A DNA stretch of 48,888 nucleotides from a bacterium (lineage in GTDB: Bacteria; SZUA-182; DTGQ01; JAFGSM01): positions 1 to 48,888 of the forward strand of contig JBLIRO010000037.1 in the NCBI GenBank assembly GCA_049472335.1, given 5' to 3'. Shown in pieces: positions 14,572 to 25,119 of the stretch (position 1 is its first letter; the number at the start of each line of letters is the position of its first letter). The translations under genes were made by a program, and so were the position numbers. The notes below the pieces were generated by a model. The model worked only from the letters and a program-made list of their open reading frames with translations. It was not told where the DNA came from and did not search any database.

Positions 14572-17289
14572 TCACTTAATGTATGGATTATAATACCGGG
14601 AATAATAACCTGGATATGAATAATTAATTAATAAATAAGGCCTTTCTATTTTCTGTAATGACAAAAATTTAGAAATACTTAATACCTGCGAATAATCCGG
14701 AAAATTTAATACTTTAGAATAATCAGGGAAATTCATCACCTTAGAATAATCAGGAAAACTAAGTTCTTTGGAATAGTGAGGAAAAATCAGCGCTTTGGAA
14801 TATTCCGGAAAACTTATTGCACTTGAATAGCTATTATATGGTTTATATAGAAAATTGTATTTGCTAAAAACTGACCAGAAATTGTAAGGGATTACCGTTT
14901 CTTTTTCTCCATATCCCTTCAGCGATATGCTTTCAGCAATATTATACGGATCATCCGAATCTATTGTTAGTATTGCCTTTTTCAAACCTTTGGATAAAGG
15001 AGTGAAAGTGATACTTATTGTTCCGCTATAACCAGGAGGGATAGTGGGGTCACTGGTTCCCAAGGGATTCGGACCTCCGTTTACATCTAATTTAAAGTTT
15101 TTCGAATCTGATAAAGCCATACCCGAAATATTCAGATCCAGATTTCCGGTGTTGAATACGGTTAAAACTGAAGATGTTGACAGGTCTCCTACCATTATGC
15201 TCATAAAATCAAGATACTTTGGAAAAACTTCCAAATGAGGATGAGGCGGCGAATTTGTTATATACATAAGATCATGATTAGAACGATCATAATAGCTGAT
15301 ATGCACATTATCCCTTGAGTCAAGGATTATGCAGGTATAATCACTTACCCATCCCGAATCATCCAATACGTATGATTCCCATACCCCTGATCCATTAGTT
15401 ACATAATTTAGGCCGCTGCCACTATAGCATATATGTACATTATCTTCCGAATCCAGGGCTATCGAGGTATATTCACCCACATCTTCCGAACTGTCGACAA
15501 CTTCCGTTTGCCATACTCCGTGGACATAATTTGTATACTTCAAATGACCATTAGGCCACCCTTCATAATAGCTGATATGCTCATTATCTTGTGAGTCAAG
15601 GGCTAATGATACAGAGGTAAAAAAGCTGGTGGCGCCTGGTCTGTCAACAATGGATATACGCCATTTTCCGGAAGAGTTAGTGGCATATTTCAAGGCACGA
15701 TTTGTTGAATCATAATAGGTGATATGGATATTGTCTTCTGAATCAAGTTTAATAGAAGTGTAATCGTTTATCCATCCTGAATTGTCCAACGAATTTATTT
15801 CCCAAATTCCGGAGGCGTTGCTTGCATATTTAAGCTCATGGCCCGAAAAATTAAAATAGCTGATATATACATTATCTTCCGAATCCAGGGCTATCGAGGT
15901 ATATTTGCCTACATCTCCCGCGCTGTTCACATTGATTATCTGCCATACTCCGGAAGCATTGGTTGCATATTTAAGATTGCCATTTGGCCACCCATCATAG
16001 TAACTGATATGCGCAAAACCTTTTGAATCGATGGCAATCGAGGCATATTTGCCTACGTCTCCTGTGCTGTCTATAATACATGTTTCCCATAGTCCGGAAG
16101 CGTTGGTGGCGTATTTCAGGCTTCGGTTTATAGAATCTCTATAAGCGATATGGACATGGTCCTCCGGGTCCAGGGCTAGCGAGGCATATTTGCCTACGTC
16201 TCCCGCACTGTCAAGATAATATTTTTCCCACAGCCCTGAAACGTTGGTAGCGTATTTCAGGTCATCGTTGGTGGAATCGTAATAGCTGATATGAACCTTG
16301 TCTTCCTGATCAACGGCTATCGAGGTTGACGAGGCTATATCACCTGAGATGTCAATAGTATATGTCTGCCATACGCCATAAACATTATTTGCATATTTGA
16401 TTGTCCGGCCGGACCAATTAAAATAGCTTATATGCACGTGATCTTCCGAGTCCAGGGCTATCGAGGTATTTAAACCTACATTTCCGGAGCTGTCTATTGT
16501 GTGTATCTTCCATAATCCGGTGACATTGCTGATATATTTCAGATCACTTTGCGTCGAATCAAAAAAGCTGATATGAACATTATCATTCGAATCAAGTGCC
16601 ATCGATATGTACTCACCCACAACCCCTGAACTGTCTATTGTATATGTTTGCCATATCCCATTGACGTTGTTTGTATATTTGAGCTCACGATTAGAAACGT
16701 CAAAATAACTGATATGTATATAATCTTGCGAATCAATGGCTATCGAGGTTGACATACCTACATTTTGAGCGCTTTCCAAAACAAATGCTTCCCATTCTCC
16801 TGAAGCATTAGTGGTATACTTCAGGCTGCGGTTGGAAAAATCATAATAGCTGATATGGACACGATCTTCCGAGTCCAGGGCTATGGAAGTCGACATGCCT
16901 ACATCTCCGGTGCTATCCAGTGTGTATGTCTGCCATTCCCCGGAAATATTGGTTGAATATTTAAGGTCAGCGTTTGTTCCATCATAATAGCTGACATGAA
17001 CATGATCTTGTGAATCAAGAGATACAGATGGGAACTCGGTTGGTCCCTGAGAGGAAGATTCTACCGTTTCATAGAACCAGTTGACACCCTCATAATAAGT
17101 ATAATAAAGCCGGTCTCCCATATATACTATATGGGGCCGGCTATTAGTATCAACTGCAATTGCAGTAGATTTGAAATACCTGGGAGCATCCACCGATTCT
17201 ATTGACCATGATCCCATTGCGGTATTTATAAAAATAAAAAAGAAATAAAGGATCTGGACAGAGGTTATAAAGAAACCTTTACCTCTCAT
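14572..17289 (-). CDS. Secreted protein: 14 beta-propeller blades, Ig-like choice-of-anchor-D/ASH domain, Tyr-rich tail with 5 x 9-aa repeats
   Basis: Signal peptide after ATG 17289 (RBS AAGGAG); ~47-aa repeats DSxGxVGxYTSIALDSEDxVHISYYD...LKY..N.SG.W; LDF...VFNTGNLDLNI...ITFTP...IDSDDP; (L/I/M)xFPxYS(K/Q) repeats. Confidence 0.85.
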   Translation of the reverse strand: MRGKGFFITSVQILYFFFIFINTAMGSWSIESVDAPRYFKSTAIAVDTNSRPHIVYMGDRLYYTYYEGVNWFYETVESSSQGPTEFPSVSLDSQDHVHVSYYDGTNADLKYSTNISGEWQTYTLDSTGDVGMSTSIALDSEDRVHISYYDFSNRSLKYTTNASGEWEAFVLESAQNVGMSTSIAIDSQDYIHISYFDVSNRELKYTNNVNGIWQTYTIDSSGVVGEYISMALDSNDNVHISFFDSTQSDLKYISNVTGLWKIHTIDSSGNVGLNTSIALDSEDHVHISYFNWSGRTIKYANNVYGVWQTYTIDISGDIASSTSIAVDQEDKVHISYYDSTNDDLKYATNVSGLWEKYYLDSAGDVGKYASLALDPEDHVHIAYRDSINRSLKYATNASGLWETCIIDSTGDVGKYASIAIDSKGFAHISYYDGWPNGNLKYATNASGVWQIINVNSAGDVGKYTSIALDSEDNVYISYFNFSGHELKYASNASGIWEINSLDNSGWINDYTSIKLDSEDNIHITYYDSTNRALKYATNSSGKWRISIVDRPGATSFFTSVSLALDSQDNEHISYYEGWPNGHLKYTNYVHGVWQTEVVDSSEDVGEYTSIALDSEDNVHICYSGSGLNYVTNGSGVWESYVLDDSGWVSDYTCIILDSRDNVHISYYDRSNHDLMYITNSPPHPHLEVFPKYLDFMSIMVGDLSTSSVLTVFNTGNLDLNISGMALSDSKNFKLDVNGGPNPLGTSDPTIPPGYSGTISITFTPLSKGLKKAILTIDSDDPYNIAESISLKGYGEKETVIPYNFWSVFSKYNFLYKPYNSYSSAISFPEYSKALIFPHYSKELSFPDYSKVMNFPDYSKVLNFPDYSQVLSISKFLSLQKIERPYLLINYSYPGYYSRYYNPYIK

Positions 17290-17608
17290 TATCTCATTCT
17301 CCTTGATATTTCTCAGTAGCCGGATAAAAAGCCCTACAAAATAAAACCTGCATACTCTGATAAACAGACAATTATCTATATATAATATTATCATATTTCC
17401 CTATATTTTCCTACCTGTCTCATCCAAGATTGACAATCTTGTATGCAATTATATATATTAGAAAAAATTAAATGTATTCTTTCATAATTAATATAGGTTT
17501 CTGAAATAAAGGTATATAATGAGTAAAAGTAACAGACTGATTTGTATTATTTGGATTGAATCTTTACCTAAAAATGAAACAAATAGAAAAAATCTTAAGG
17601 AATAAACT

Positions 17609-18334
17609 GTGCCTTATAAAATTTTGCTTGTTGATGATGATAAGGATTTTAGGGAAGAGTTTTGCGATTACTTTGAAGATTTCCAGGTGATTGAAACATC
17701 CACAGGCAGGGACGCAATAAAGCTATTAAAAGAGCCTAATGATATAGATGTAGTAATCTTGGATGTAGTATTACCGGACTTACGTGGTACTGAGGTTTTA
17801 AGAAAGATGAAAAAGATCGCCCCTGACCTCGACATTATTATTTTGACCGGATACAGCTCAAAGGATATAGCCATTGAAGCATTAAAAGGACATGCTGATG
17901 ATTATATAGAAAAGCCAATAAATATTGATAAGATGAATATCAATAAAATAAAAGAGATAATAGAAAGGATGATGGAAGAGAAAAAGGGGAAAATTGATAC
18001 GGATTCCATCGACATAGAAGACAAAATTAATAAAGTAAAACGTTTTATTGAGAGGAATTACGATAAAAATATAAGTTTGAAAGCTGCGTCTAAAGTAGTT
18101 TGTTTAAGTCCAAAATATTTAAGCAGGATCTTTAAAGAAAATACAGGAATGGGTTTCAATGAATACAAATTAAGGATTAAAACTGAAAAGGCAAAAAAAC
18201 TTTTAAAAAATACAGGATATAATATCAACCAGATTTCTTTTAAGCTCGGATATTTGAATCCGGAATCCTTCCTTAGAATATTTAAAAAATTTACCGGCTT
18301 AACACCTACAGAATATAGAAAAAATATCCAATAA
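17609..18334 (+). CDS. Response regulator with C-terminal AraC-family HTH
   Basis: ILLVDDD...VILD...DYIEKP receiver; LSPKYLSRIFKENTG...LGYLNPESFLRIFKKFTGLTPTEYR. Confidence 0.92.
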   Translation: MPYKILLVDDDKDFREEFCDYFEDFQVIETSTGRDAIKLLKEPNDIDVVILDVVLPDLRGTEVLRKMKKIAPDLDIIILTGYSSKDIAIEALKGHADDYIEKPINIDKMNINKIKEIIERMMEEKKGKIDTDSIDIEDKINKVKRFIERNYDKNISLKAASKVVCLSPKYLSRIFKENTGMGFNEYKLRIKTEKAKKLLKNTGYNINQISFKLGYLNPESFLRIFKKFTGLTPTEYRKNIQ

Positions 18335-18391
18335 TTGACGAATTATTAACTTATCAAAATCTTAATGGGTTCTTTATCTTTTAAAAAAATG

Positions 18392-19339
18392 TTATGAATT
18401 TTTTATAAAATTGATAAGAGGTTTACAGTATCGTGGATTTTGGAGCTTGTTAAGCGCATTTTTTTCAATTTGCCGTATTCTTTCTCGCGTCACATGAAAA
18501 AGTCCGCTTATCTCCTCAAGTGTCAACTGCTTATAAGTGCCTATTCCAAAGCGCAACTCGATGACCTTTCTCTCTCTTTCTGAAAGCATTTGCAGAACCT
18601 CCTGAACCTTTTCCAACAACTCCTGCTTCATTACAACATCCAAAGGTGAAGAGAGATTTTTATCCTCTATACATTCAGACAACTCAAGACTACCTGATTC
18701 ATCAATCAATGTTTGAAAGGATAAGGGTTCTTTGACAGTATCCAGGAGGTTTTCAATTCTTTGAAGACTCACCTCCATTTCAGAAGCGATTTCCTGTCTT
18801 GTTGGCTCTTTTTTCATCCCTTGTATAAGACGACTTTTAACCTTCTGCACGGACTTGACTGCTTCAGACGTATAAACAGGTATACGGATCAACCTTGATT
18901 TATTGGCAAGCGCTCGATTTAAGGATTGTCTGATCCACCAGACAGCATAAGTGCTGAATTTGCAGCCCAGATGATGATCAAATTTTTCCACTGCCTTTAT
19001 TAGACCTAAATTACCTTCCTGTACCAGATCCATGAAAGGCAGCCCTTTATGTTCATATCTTTTGGCAATACTTACAACAAGACGAAGATTTGCCTCTATA
19101 AGTCTATTTTTTGCCCATTCATCCCCTTGAGCTATCTTTTTTGCCAGATCACTTTCCTGTTCTTTTGTTAAAACAGGGACCTTCTTAATCTCCTCAAAAT
19201 AAGTTTTTGCAAGAAAATTCATATTCTTATTAGATCTTCCATTTTTTCTTGTCTTTAATAAGCTGTAAGAACAAGATTCACAAGATTTTCTTTCTTCAAG
19301 TTTTTCATCTAACTCAACAATATTCTTAAAATTACTCAT
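18392..19339 (-). CDS. RpoD/RpoS-like sigma-70 factor lacking region 1.1 (group 2-like)
   Basis: ANLRLVVSIAKRY, DLVQEGNLGLIKAVEKFD, KFSTYAVWWIRQ, TRERIRQIE. Confidence 0.93.
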   Translation of the reverse strand: MSNFKNIVELDEKLEERKSCESCSYSLLKTRKNGRSNKNMNFLAKTYFEEIKKVPVLTKEQESDLAKKIAQGDEWAKNRLIEANLRLVVSIAKRYEHKGLPFMDLVQEGNLGLIKAVEKFDHHLGCKFSTYAVWWIRQSLNRALANKSRLIRIPVYTSEAVKSVQKVKSRLIQGMKKEPTRQEIASEMEVSLQRIENLLDTVKEPLSFQTLIDESGSLELSECIEDKNLSSPLDVVMKQELLEKVQEVLQMLSERERKVIELRFGIGTYKQLTLEEISGLFHVTRERIRQIEKNALNKLQNPRYCKPLINFIKNS

Positions 19340-19550
19340 TTTCTACTCAAAAACCTCAATTAATCCTTCGCTGTTAAATCTTTATTATTAATATCAGGAC
19401 CGTATTAATCTTACCTTCAGTCAATCGGAATAAGACTTTCTTAGGGGTACTTCCTTTTTGAAATGTACCTGCTCTAATTTACAGCCTTAACATAAAAACT
19501 GATATTGAGAATTTATTAAACTGTAGCGATCTCGGAGCAATATAAATTTT

Positions 19551-19641
19551 AGCGGTGCACAGGTCATTTCAGGGCTATTGGCATTTCTCTGAAATTTTGA
19601 AAGGCCCTGGGGGGGCGCCATGATACTACCTGTACACCGCT
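19551..19641 (-). other. Long stem-loop upstream of the sigma factor (candidate cis-regulatory RNA or sRNA)
   Basis: AGCGGTGTACAGGT/ACCTGTGCACCGCT 14-bp stem (one G-U on - strand) and inner CAGGGC/GCCCTG stem. Confidence 0.4.
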
Positions 19642-19766
19642 TATTTTCAAAAATTCCGAGTTTTTTAATTAAATTATGGTTTCTATCTAATAAATACCTT
19701 CCTTTAACTCACTTTTTTCAGATAATTCAAGATTTGACCTGAGTGGCCCAATATTTTGCTCATTAA

Positions 19767-20180
19767 TTATTTAAAAAATTCCCCCGCTCTTTTAACCTGG
19801 TTTGTTTTTTCGTTCAATACCATATCTATCTTTTTAATAAGATGGTCTGGATTGATGGGTTTCTTAAAACACATTTTCATTCCGCACAAATCCATAAGCA
19901 TGGCATCTTCTTTTCTGGTAAAATAACCGCTCATTCCCAAAATAGGAATATTGGCTGTTTTAGCAGACCCCTTTAATCTTTCGGCTATCTGAAATCCGTA
20001 TAACCCTTTCATTTTTATATCAAGTAATATAATATCAGGATTTATATCTTGTGCGGATCTCAATACAGTAGTACTATCATCAATCGCTACTACTTCGAAG
20101 CCCTCTAAAACCAGGGCTGAATGAAGCTCCATCAAAAAATCTTTATCATCATCTACAATCATTATCTTTTTTGATTGCAT
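19767..20180 (-). CDS. Single-domain response regulator
   Basis: IMIVDDD, DIILLDIKM, KKP. Confidence 0.9.
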   Translation of the reverse strand: MQSKKIMIVDDDKDFLMELHSALVLEGFEVVAIDDSTTVLRSAQDINPDIILLDIKMKGLYGFQIAERLKGSAKTANIPILGMSGYFTRKEDAMLMDLCGMKMCFKKPINPDHLIKKIDMVLNEKTNQVKRAGEFFK

Positions 20181-20271
20181 TTTTTTAAACCTTTCTGATA
20201 TTATTCAGAATAGATATATTTTTCTTTGTACCTTTATTAGTTCATATAATATAATAATTTTATTAGTAAAA

Positions 20272-20312
20272 AAAATTGTCTAATTCCACCTTTTTCTGAC
20301 TTTTTTCCACTT
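20272..20312 (-). promoter_or_regulatory. Conserved upstream element, copy 1 (21-bp-period direct repeats)
   Basis: AAAATTGTCTAATTCCACCTTTTTCTGACTTTTTTCCACTT, about 80% identical to 20859-20899. Confidence 0.6.
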
Positions 20313-20336
20313 TATATATCTAAAATTAAATTATAA

Positions 20337-20735
20337 TTACTTATCCTTTTCAACTAATTCTTTAATTTTCCCAAGCAGTTTTCGAATATCAAAGGGTTTA
20401 GTCAGAAGCACATCAGCCAGCTTTGTTATGCACTCTTTTTGATCTTCAAAATATACCTCTTCTTTGAATAATCCTGTGTTAAGAGGTCTTCCGGTTATTA
20501 CAATAACCTTGGATTTTATATTTTTCTCTCTGATGTTTTTTAAGATTTCCAGTCCATGCAATCCAGGCAATTTAAGATCCAATAGAAGGACATCATACTC
20601 ATTTCTTTCAATAAGATTTTTTCCCTCGTATCCGCTTAACGCTTTATTTACGCAATAACCCTCATCTTCCAAAATATCCGCAATTTCTTCACACATACTT
20701 TCATCATCATTGATTATAAGGATTTTTTTGGCCAT
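20337..20735 (-). CDS. Single-domain response regulator
   Basis: ILIINDD, DVLLLDLKLP, LTKPF. Confidence 0.9.
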   Translation of the reverse strand: MAKKILIINDDESMCEEIADILEDEGYCVNKALSGYEGKNLIERNEYDVLLLDLKLPGLHGLEILKNIREKNIKSKVIVITGRPLNTGLFKEEVYFEDQKECITKLADVLLTKPFDIRKLLGKIKELVEKDK

Positions 20736-20858
20736 TTTTTCTCTCTAATTGGAAGTTTTAATTTCACAATTGTTCTGCCTGACATTCCTAACAATATCCT
20801 CACTCCCATTATTTTCTTATCTAATAATAATAAATTATAATATACTCGGGAAAACAAG

Positions 20859-20899
20859 AAAATTGGTTAATTCTACTTTTTTCTGACCTTTTTCTACCT
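20859..20899 (-). promoter_or_regulatory. Conserved upstream element, copy 2
   Basis: AAAATTGGTTAATTCTACTTTTTTCTGACCTTTTTCTACCT; TTCTAC at 20871 and 20892. Confidence 0.6.
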
Positions 20900-21149
20900 A
20901 ATGCGGGGGCTTGTGGGTGTTACAATTCTTCCTGGCTTAGGAAATATCCTTAATAAAAACCAAAATAGGGCCACATTAAACCCAGATATTGATGAGATCG
21001 TAAAAAATCATTGAGGGGAGTCATTGATATTTTTAATTAAACCCAGATTTTGCATACGAACTCGTCATGAGACTTAGAAGAAGCTTCACAGGCAAAGCGC
21101 GAAGACGATTTTGGCTGAAGGTTAAAGCACAAAAAGGGATCTTTGAACT

Positions 21150-23426
21150 TTATTTTTTCTGTTTAACAGGAAGCCTTACTGTTACTGTTGTTCCCTTTCC
21201 CTTTTCACTCTGAATCTTCAATTTACCATCATGTAAGCTGACTATCTGATTACACAAAGTAAGACCCAGCCCTGTACCTTTCAATTTTGAGGAAAAAAAA
21301 GGTTCATATACCCTCTTCAGGTCTGCCTTGCTTATCCCTGATCCGTTATCCTTAAAATGAACTTTAATGAAATTACCGCCATTATATAATCCTTCTATCT
21401 CTATTCTTCCTTCTTCTTTTGTCAAAGCATCATATGCATTGTTTAAGATATTTAAAAACATTACCTTAATCTGCAAAGGATCTGCCTCAATGAGAATATC
21501 CTTAAGGGATACGGATTTTTTAACAATAATAACCTTTTTCTTCTTGAATCTCTCTTTTGAACTGGAAATAACCTCATCCAGGAGTTTATCAACATTTATA
21601 TTTTCATAATTCGGCATTTTTATAACTGAATAGGAAAGAAGGTTATCTATAATTTGATTACTTTCCATTACGTGCTTTTCAATGTTGGCAAGGTGTTTTT
21701 CCAAGTATGGATTTTTATTTTTTCTTTTTATATTAAAAACGGCCGTAAAGATAACCCCTAATGGATTTCGCAATTCATGGGCAACTGTTGCGGCAAGGGC
21801 ACCTATTTCGGAAAGCCGCTTTGCATTCATTAATTTTTTTTGTATCTCTACTAATTGCTTTGTTCTGTGATCAACAAGTCTTTCAAAAGTCTCCTTGTCT
21901 TGTTTTAAAATCCTTTCAGCCTCTTTGAGTTTGCTAATATCAGTAACAATTCCTAAGATTGCCTTCTCTCCTTCGTAATCTATCAATCTTGTCGTAAGTA
22001 GCGATTCTATCCTTTTATTTGCCCTGGTGATATTTATCATTTCGAAAGGGGGTATCTCATCACCTTTCATATGTTTTCTAAAATTTGATTTTATTGTTTT
22101 TCTGGATTCAGGAGCGATCAAAGTTAAGAAGTCGAAACCTGAAGAATAAAACTCTTCCTTTTTGTACCCCATAATCTCTTCACATCTCTTATTAGCATAA
22201 ACAATCCTGCCGTTAGTATTAATAAAAATCATGTTTGGACAGTTCTCGGCAAGGGCCCTGAATTTAGATTCAGAATCTCTCAATGCCTTTTCCGCATTCC
22301 TTCGTTTTGTTATATCACGAATAATTCCCTGTATTATTTTCTGTCCTCCTGCTTCGAATAAGCTAGCCGATACTTCGGCAGGAAATATATCTCCATTCTT
22401 TCTCTTGAAATCTATCTCAAAACGCACAAATCCATCCTGGGATATCTTTTTAAATGCCTGGTCTGATGATTCCAAAGCTTCCGCTGGATGAAGGTCTGGT
22501 ATCTTGAGCGATAATATTTCATCCATGGTATATCCAAATTTATATAGCGCCCTTTTATTGACATCTAATATATTCCCTTTTAAATCGTGCATGACAATTC
22601 CATCATGAGAATATTGGAAGAGATTGCTATATTTTTCTTCCCCAAGTTTCAGGGCCTCTTCCGCCCTCTTCCGTTTAGTAATATCCCTTACAATAGTAAT
22701 GATGCGGCTTACTTTACCTCCCTCATATACAGGCACTTTTCGAGTTTCAGTTACAAATTCTTCAACGCCTATTTTGGTTTCCTCTTCTGTAATAACAGTC
22801 TTACCCGTATCAAAAACCTTTTGATACTCATCACGGATGCTGTCCGGCAAAAAAGAAAAAACCTCGAATATATCCTTACCTATTACCTCTGTAAGCAATC
22901 CCAACTTTTTATTCCATTGTTTGAAAGCGTTATTCAAAAGAACAATCCGCATGTCATTATCGATGACATGTATCGCATCTCTCATTGAATTTATAGTACT
23001 GCGATATTGCCTTTCCGAATCGCGCAACGCATCCTCGATCCTCTTTCTTTCTATGCCGTATCTTATTGCGCGTACCAAAAGGTTGGTACTAACTTCCGTC
23101 TTGAACAGATAATCCTGAGCCCCCTCCTGAACGGCTTTTATAGCCATCAATTCATCTTCCAGACCACTCAAAATGATTATGGGCACACTAGGTACTTGAG
23201 AACGTATTCGAGTAAAAGTTTCAAATCCAAAGCTATCAGGCAGAAAGAGATCCAGCAAGACTATATCAAAAGATTCCGCTGCCAGAAGCTCAAGCCCTGT
23301 AGATAGTCTATCCACACATTTCAATTGAAGACGGACACCTCTTTCTTCGGATACCATCTGCTCTATCAAGCGTGCATCCCCGCAATTTTTCTCAAATAAT
23401 AAAATTTTTATTGATTTACTAGTCAT
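21150..23426 (-). CDS. Cytoplasmic hybrid sensor kinase: REC-PAS-PAS-PAS-HisKA-HATPase
   Basis: DIVLLDL...GAQDYL receiver; three PAS/PAC units ending RDIT/TDIS; AHELRNPL, NNAYDA, DNGSG, GTGLGL. Confidence 0.92.
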   Translation of the reverse strand: MTSKSIKILLFEKNCGDARLIEQMVSEERGVRLQLKCVDRLSTGLELLAAESFDIVLLDLFLPDSFGFETFTRIRSQVPSVPIIILSGLEDELMAIKAVQEGAQDYLFKTEVSTNLLVRAIRYGIERKRIEDALRDSERQYRSTINSMRDAIHVIDNDMRIVLLNNAFKQWNKKLGLLTEVIGKDIFEVFSFLPDSIRDEYQKVFDTGKTVITEEETKIGVEEFVTETRKVPVYEGGKVSRIITIVRDITKRKRAEEALKLGEEKYSNLFQYSHDGIVMHDLKGNILDVNKRALYKFGYTMDEILSLKIPDLHPAEALESSDQAFKKISQDGFVRFEIDFKRKNGDIFPAEVSASLFEAGGQKIIQGIIRDITKRRNAEKALRDSESKFRALAENCPNMIFINTNGRIVYANKRCEEIMGYKKEEFYSSGFDFLTLIAPESRKTIKSNFRKHMKGDEIPPFEMINITRANKRIESLLTTRLIDYEGEKAILGIVTDISKLKEAERILKQDKETFERLVDHRTKQLVEIQKKLMNAKRLSEIGALAATVAHELRNPLGVIFTAVFNIKRKNKNPYLEKHLANIEKHVMESNQIIDNLLSYSVIKMPNYENINVDKLLDEVISSSKERFKKKKVIIVKKSVSLKDILIEADPLQIKVMFLNILNNAYDALTKEEGRIEIEGLYNGGNFIKVHFKDNGSGISKADLKRVYEPFFSSKLKGTGLGLTLCNQIVSLHDGKLKIQSEKGKGTTVTVRLPVKQKK

Positions 23427-23794
23427 ATAATTGTTTCAATAGCTTCTTCACAACCTTCTCTGAAATACCATAATTTCAATAATTTTAGATTTAGATTTTA
23501 TTACTGATTACAAAGGTCCTAAGTACGAGGCATAATATATACACTCTTAAAATAATGGATTCTGCAAGCGGATTAGGGCAGTGAGCTCAGAAAAATTATA
23601 CCGAAAGTCTTAATAAATAGAAAGAAAAATCAAGATACAATTATTTTGAAAAAATTCCATAAAAACAAATCATAAGAAACGATCAGTTTTACCTTTTATT
23701 AAAAAGGGAAAGTATAAAAAATTTATTAAACACTAAATGCTTAAAAATAACCGTAAAAAAATAAACTTTTTAATCGTCTAATAATTTTAGAAGA

Positions 23795-23861
23795 TTGGCT
23801 GCCGAATCCTTTATTTTTTTCAACTATGTTTACCCTTTTCTCCTGAGGATTCGGCAACCAA
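23795..23861. repeat. 16-bp inverted repeat between hemW and the hybrid kinase
   Basis: TTGGCTGCCGAATCCT (23795-23810) / AGGATTCGGCAACCAA (23846-23861), 15/16. Confidence 0.6.
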
Positions 23862-23955
23862 GGATTAAAAAGATAAACCTTTTTTATTATTCCACTATTA
23901 CTATATTAATACCCGAAACAAATAATATTTGTCAATACATTTCTTTTTTCCAATA

Positions 23956-25119
23956 TCAAATCAGGCAAACAGGAAGCAACATGATTGCCAGGGCATCGGC
24001 GACAGCCATGCCTTGCAGGGTGGGTTTTAAGCGTCCGTCTTTTATCTCAACCCTGCCCTGTTCTTTAAGTAATGAAAGCATACCGGGCGGATCAACTGTC
24101 AGATCCTGACCAAATCCTTCCTTAAAACTTTTCAGGTCAAGTCCATCCCAAGTTCGAAAGCCTATATAAAGGGACTCAAGATGAACCTGATCTTTTGTGA
24201 GCTTTTCTCTCCCCTCTATGGGCAACTTCCCGTATTCAATGGCCTTACAATATTTTTCAACGGATTTATGGTTCCAATACCGCTCTCCCGCAATGAATGA
24301 GTGGGCAGAAGGTCCAAGCCCTAGGTAGGGGATATGTTTCCAGTATTTAGTATTATGCCTTGAGATATATTGTCTGCCCCTGGAGAAGTTAGAGATCTCA
24401 TAATGATGATAACCTGTCTGGGTGAGTGTTTTTGAAGTAGTAATAAAAAAACCATATTCCTTGTCCTCTGACAAAGGTAAAAGCCTTCCTTGTTTTCTGC
24501 TTTTTCCAAACAGGGTTCCATCTTCAATAGTCAACTGGTAGCATGAAATGTGTTCAGGTCTTAAATCTATCACCTGTTCAAGGTCCATTGCCCAGGATTC
24601 CCCGGACTGACCGGGCAGGCCATAGATCAGGTCGAGACCCAGATTATTAACGCCGGCATCCCTGGCAATCTTTATGGAAGCCCTTGCCTCCTCTGCCGTA
24701 TGCCTCCTTCCCAGAAAAAAAAGGTTTTTGGGATTGAATGACTGAATTCCTATATTCAGGCGATTTACGCCTGATTTTAAAAGTGAATTTACAATTTCCG
24801 GCGTAAGATCCCCTGGATTTGCCTCCACGGTGATCTCAGCATCTTCAGAGAACGGGAAACAGCCCTTTAAATGGCGGATTAGATCACCTATCAATTCCGG
24901 AGCTATGATAGATGGTGTACCCCCTCCAAGGTACAGGGTATCAAATTTGGGGACCTCTGCTGCCGGGTCAGCAAAAATTTCCTTTTTCTTATATAGACCG
25001 GCCTCCATTTTTATCGCCTTCAGGAAACGGGGGATCAATCGTTGAGAAGGAACGGAATAGAAATTACAGTAAGGGCATTTTTTAACGCAGAAGGGTATAT
25101 GGCAATACAATCCCATCAT
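23956..25119 (-). CDS. hemW: Radical SAM heme chaperone HemW (HemN-like)
   Basis: [39 protein letters not shown]; overlaps lepA stop. Confidence 0.9.
   Translation of the reverse strand: MMGLYCHIPFCVKKCPYCNFYSVPSQRLIPRFLKAIKMEAGLYKKKEIFADPAAEVPKFDTLYLGGGTPSIIAPELIGDLIRHLKGCFPFSEDAEITVEANPGDLTPEIVNSLLKSGVNRLNIGIQSFNPKNLFFLGRRHTAEEARASIKIARDAGVNNLGLDLIYGLPGQSGESWAMDLEQVIDLRPEHISCYQLTIEDGTLFGKSRKQGRLLPLSEDKEYGFFITTSKTLTQTGYHHYEISNFSRGRQYISRHNTKYWKHIPYLGLGPSAHSFIAGERYWNHKSVEKYCKAIEYGKLPIEGREKLTKDQVHLESLYIGFRTWDGLDLKSFKEGFGQDLTVDPPGMLSLLKEQGRVEIKDGRLKPTLQGMAVADALAIMLLPVCLI

Noticed and set aside
14680..17200. CRISPR-like periodic repeats (also 34230-34510)
   Set aside because: The repeats are codon-phased, degenerate and inside protein-coding genes; there are no unique spacers and no cas genes.
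17290..17394. 35-aa N-terminal extension of the propeller protein
   Set aside because: The RBS and signal peptide fit ATG 17289.
23795..23861. c-di-AMP (ydaO) riboswitch, because the - strand starts GGTTGCCGAATCC
   Set aside because: The remaining conserved ydaO elements are absent and the motif is fully consumed in a simple inverted repeat.
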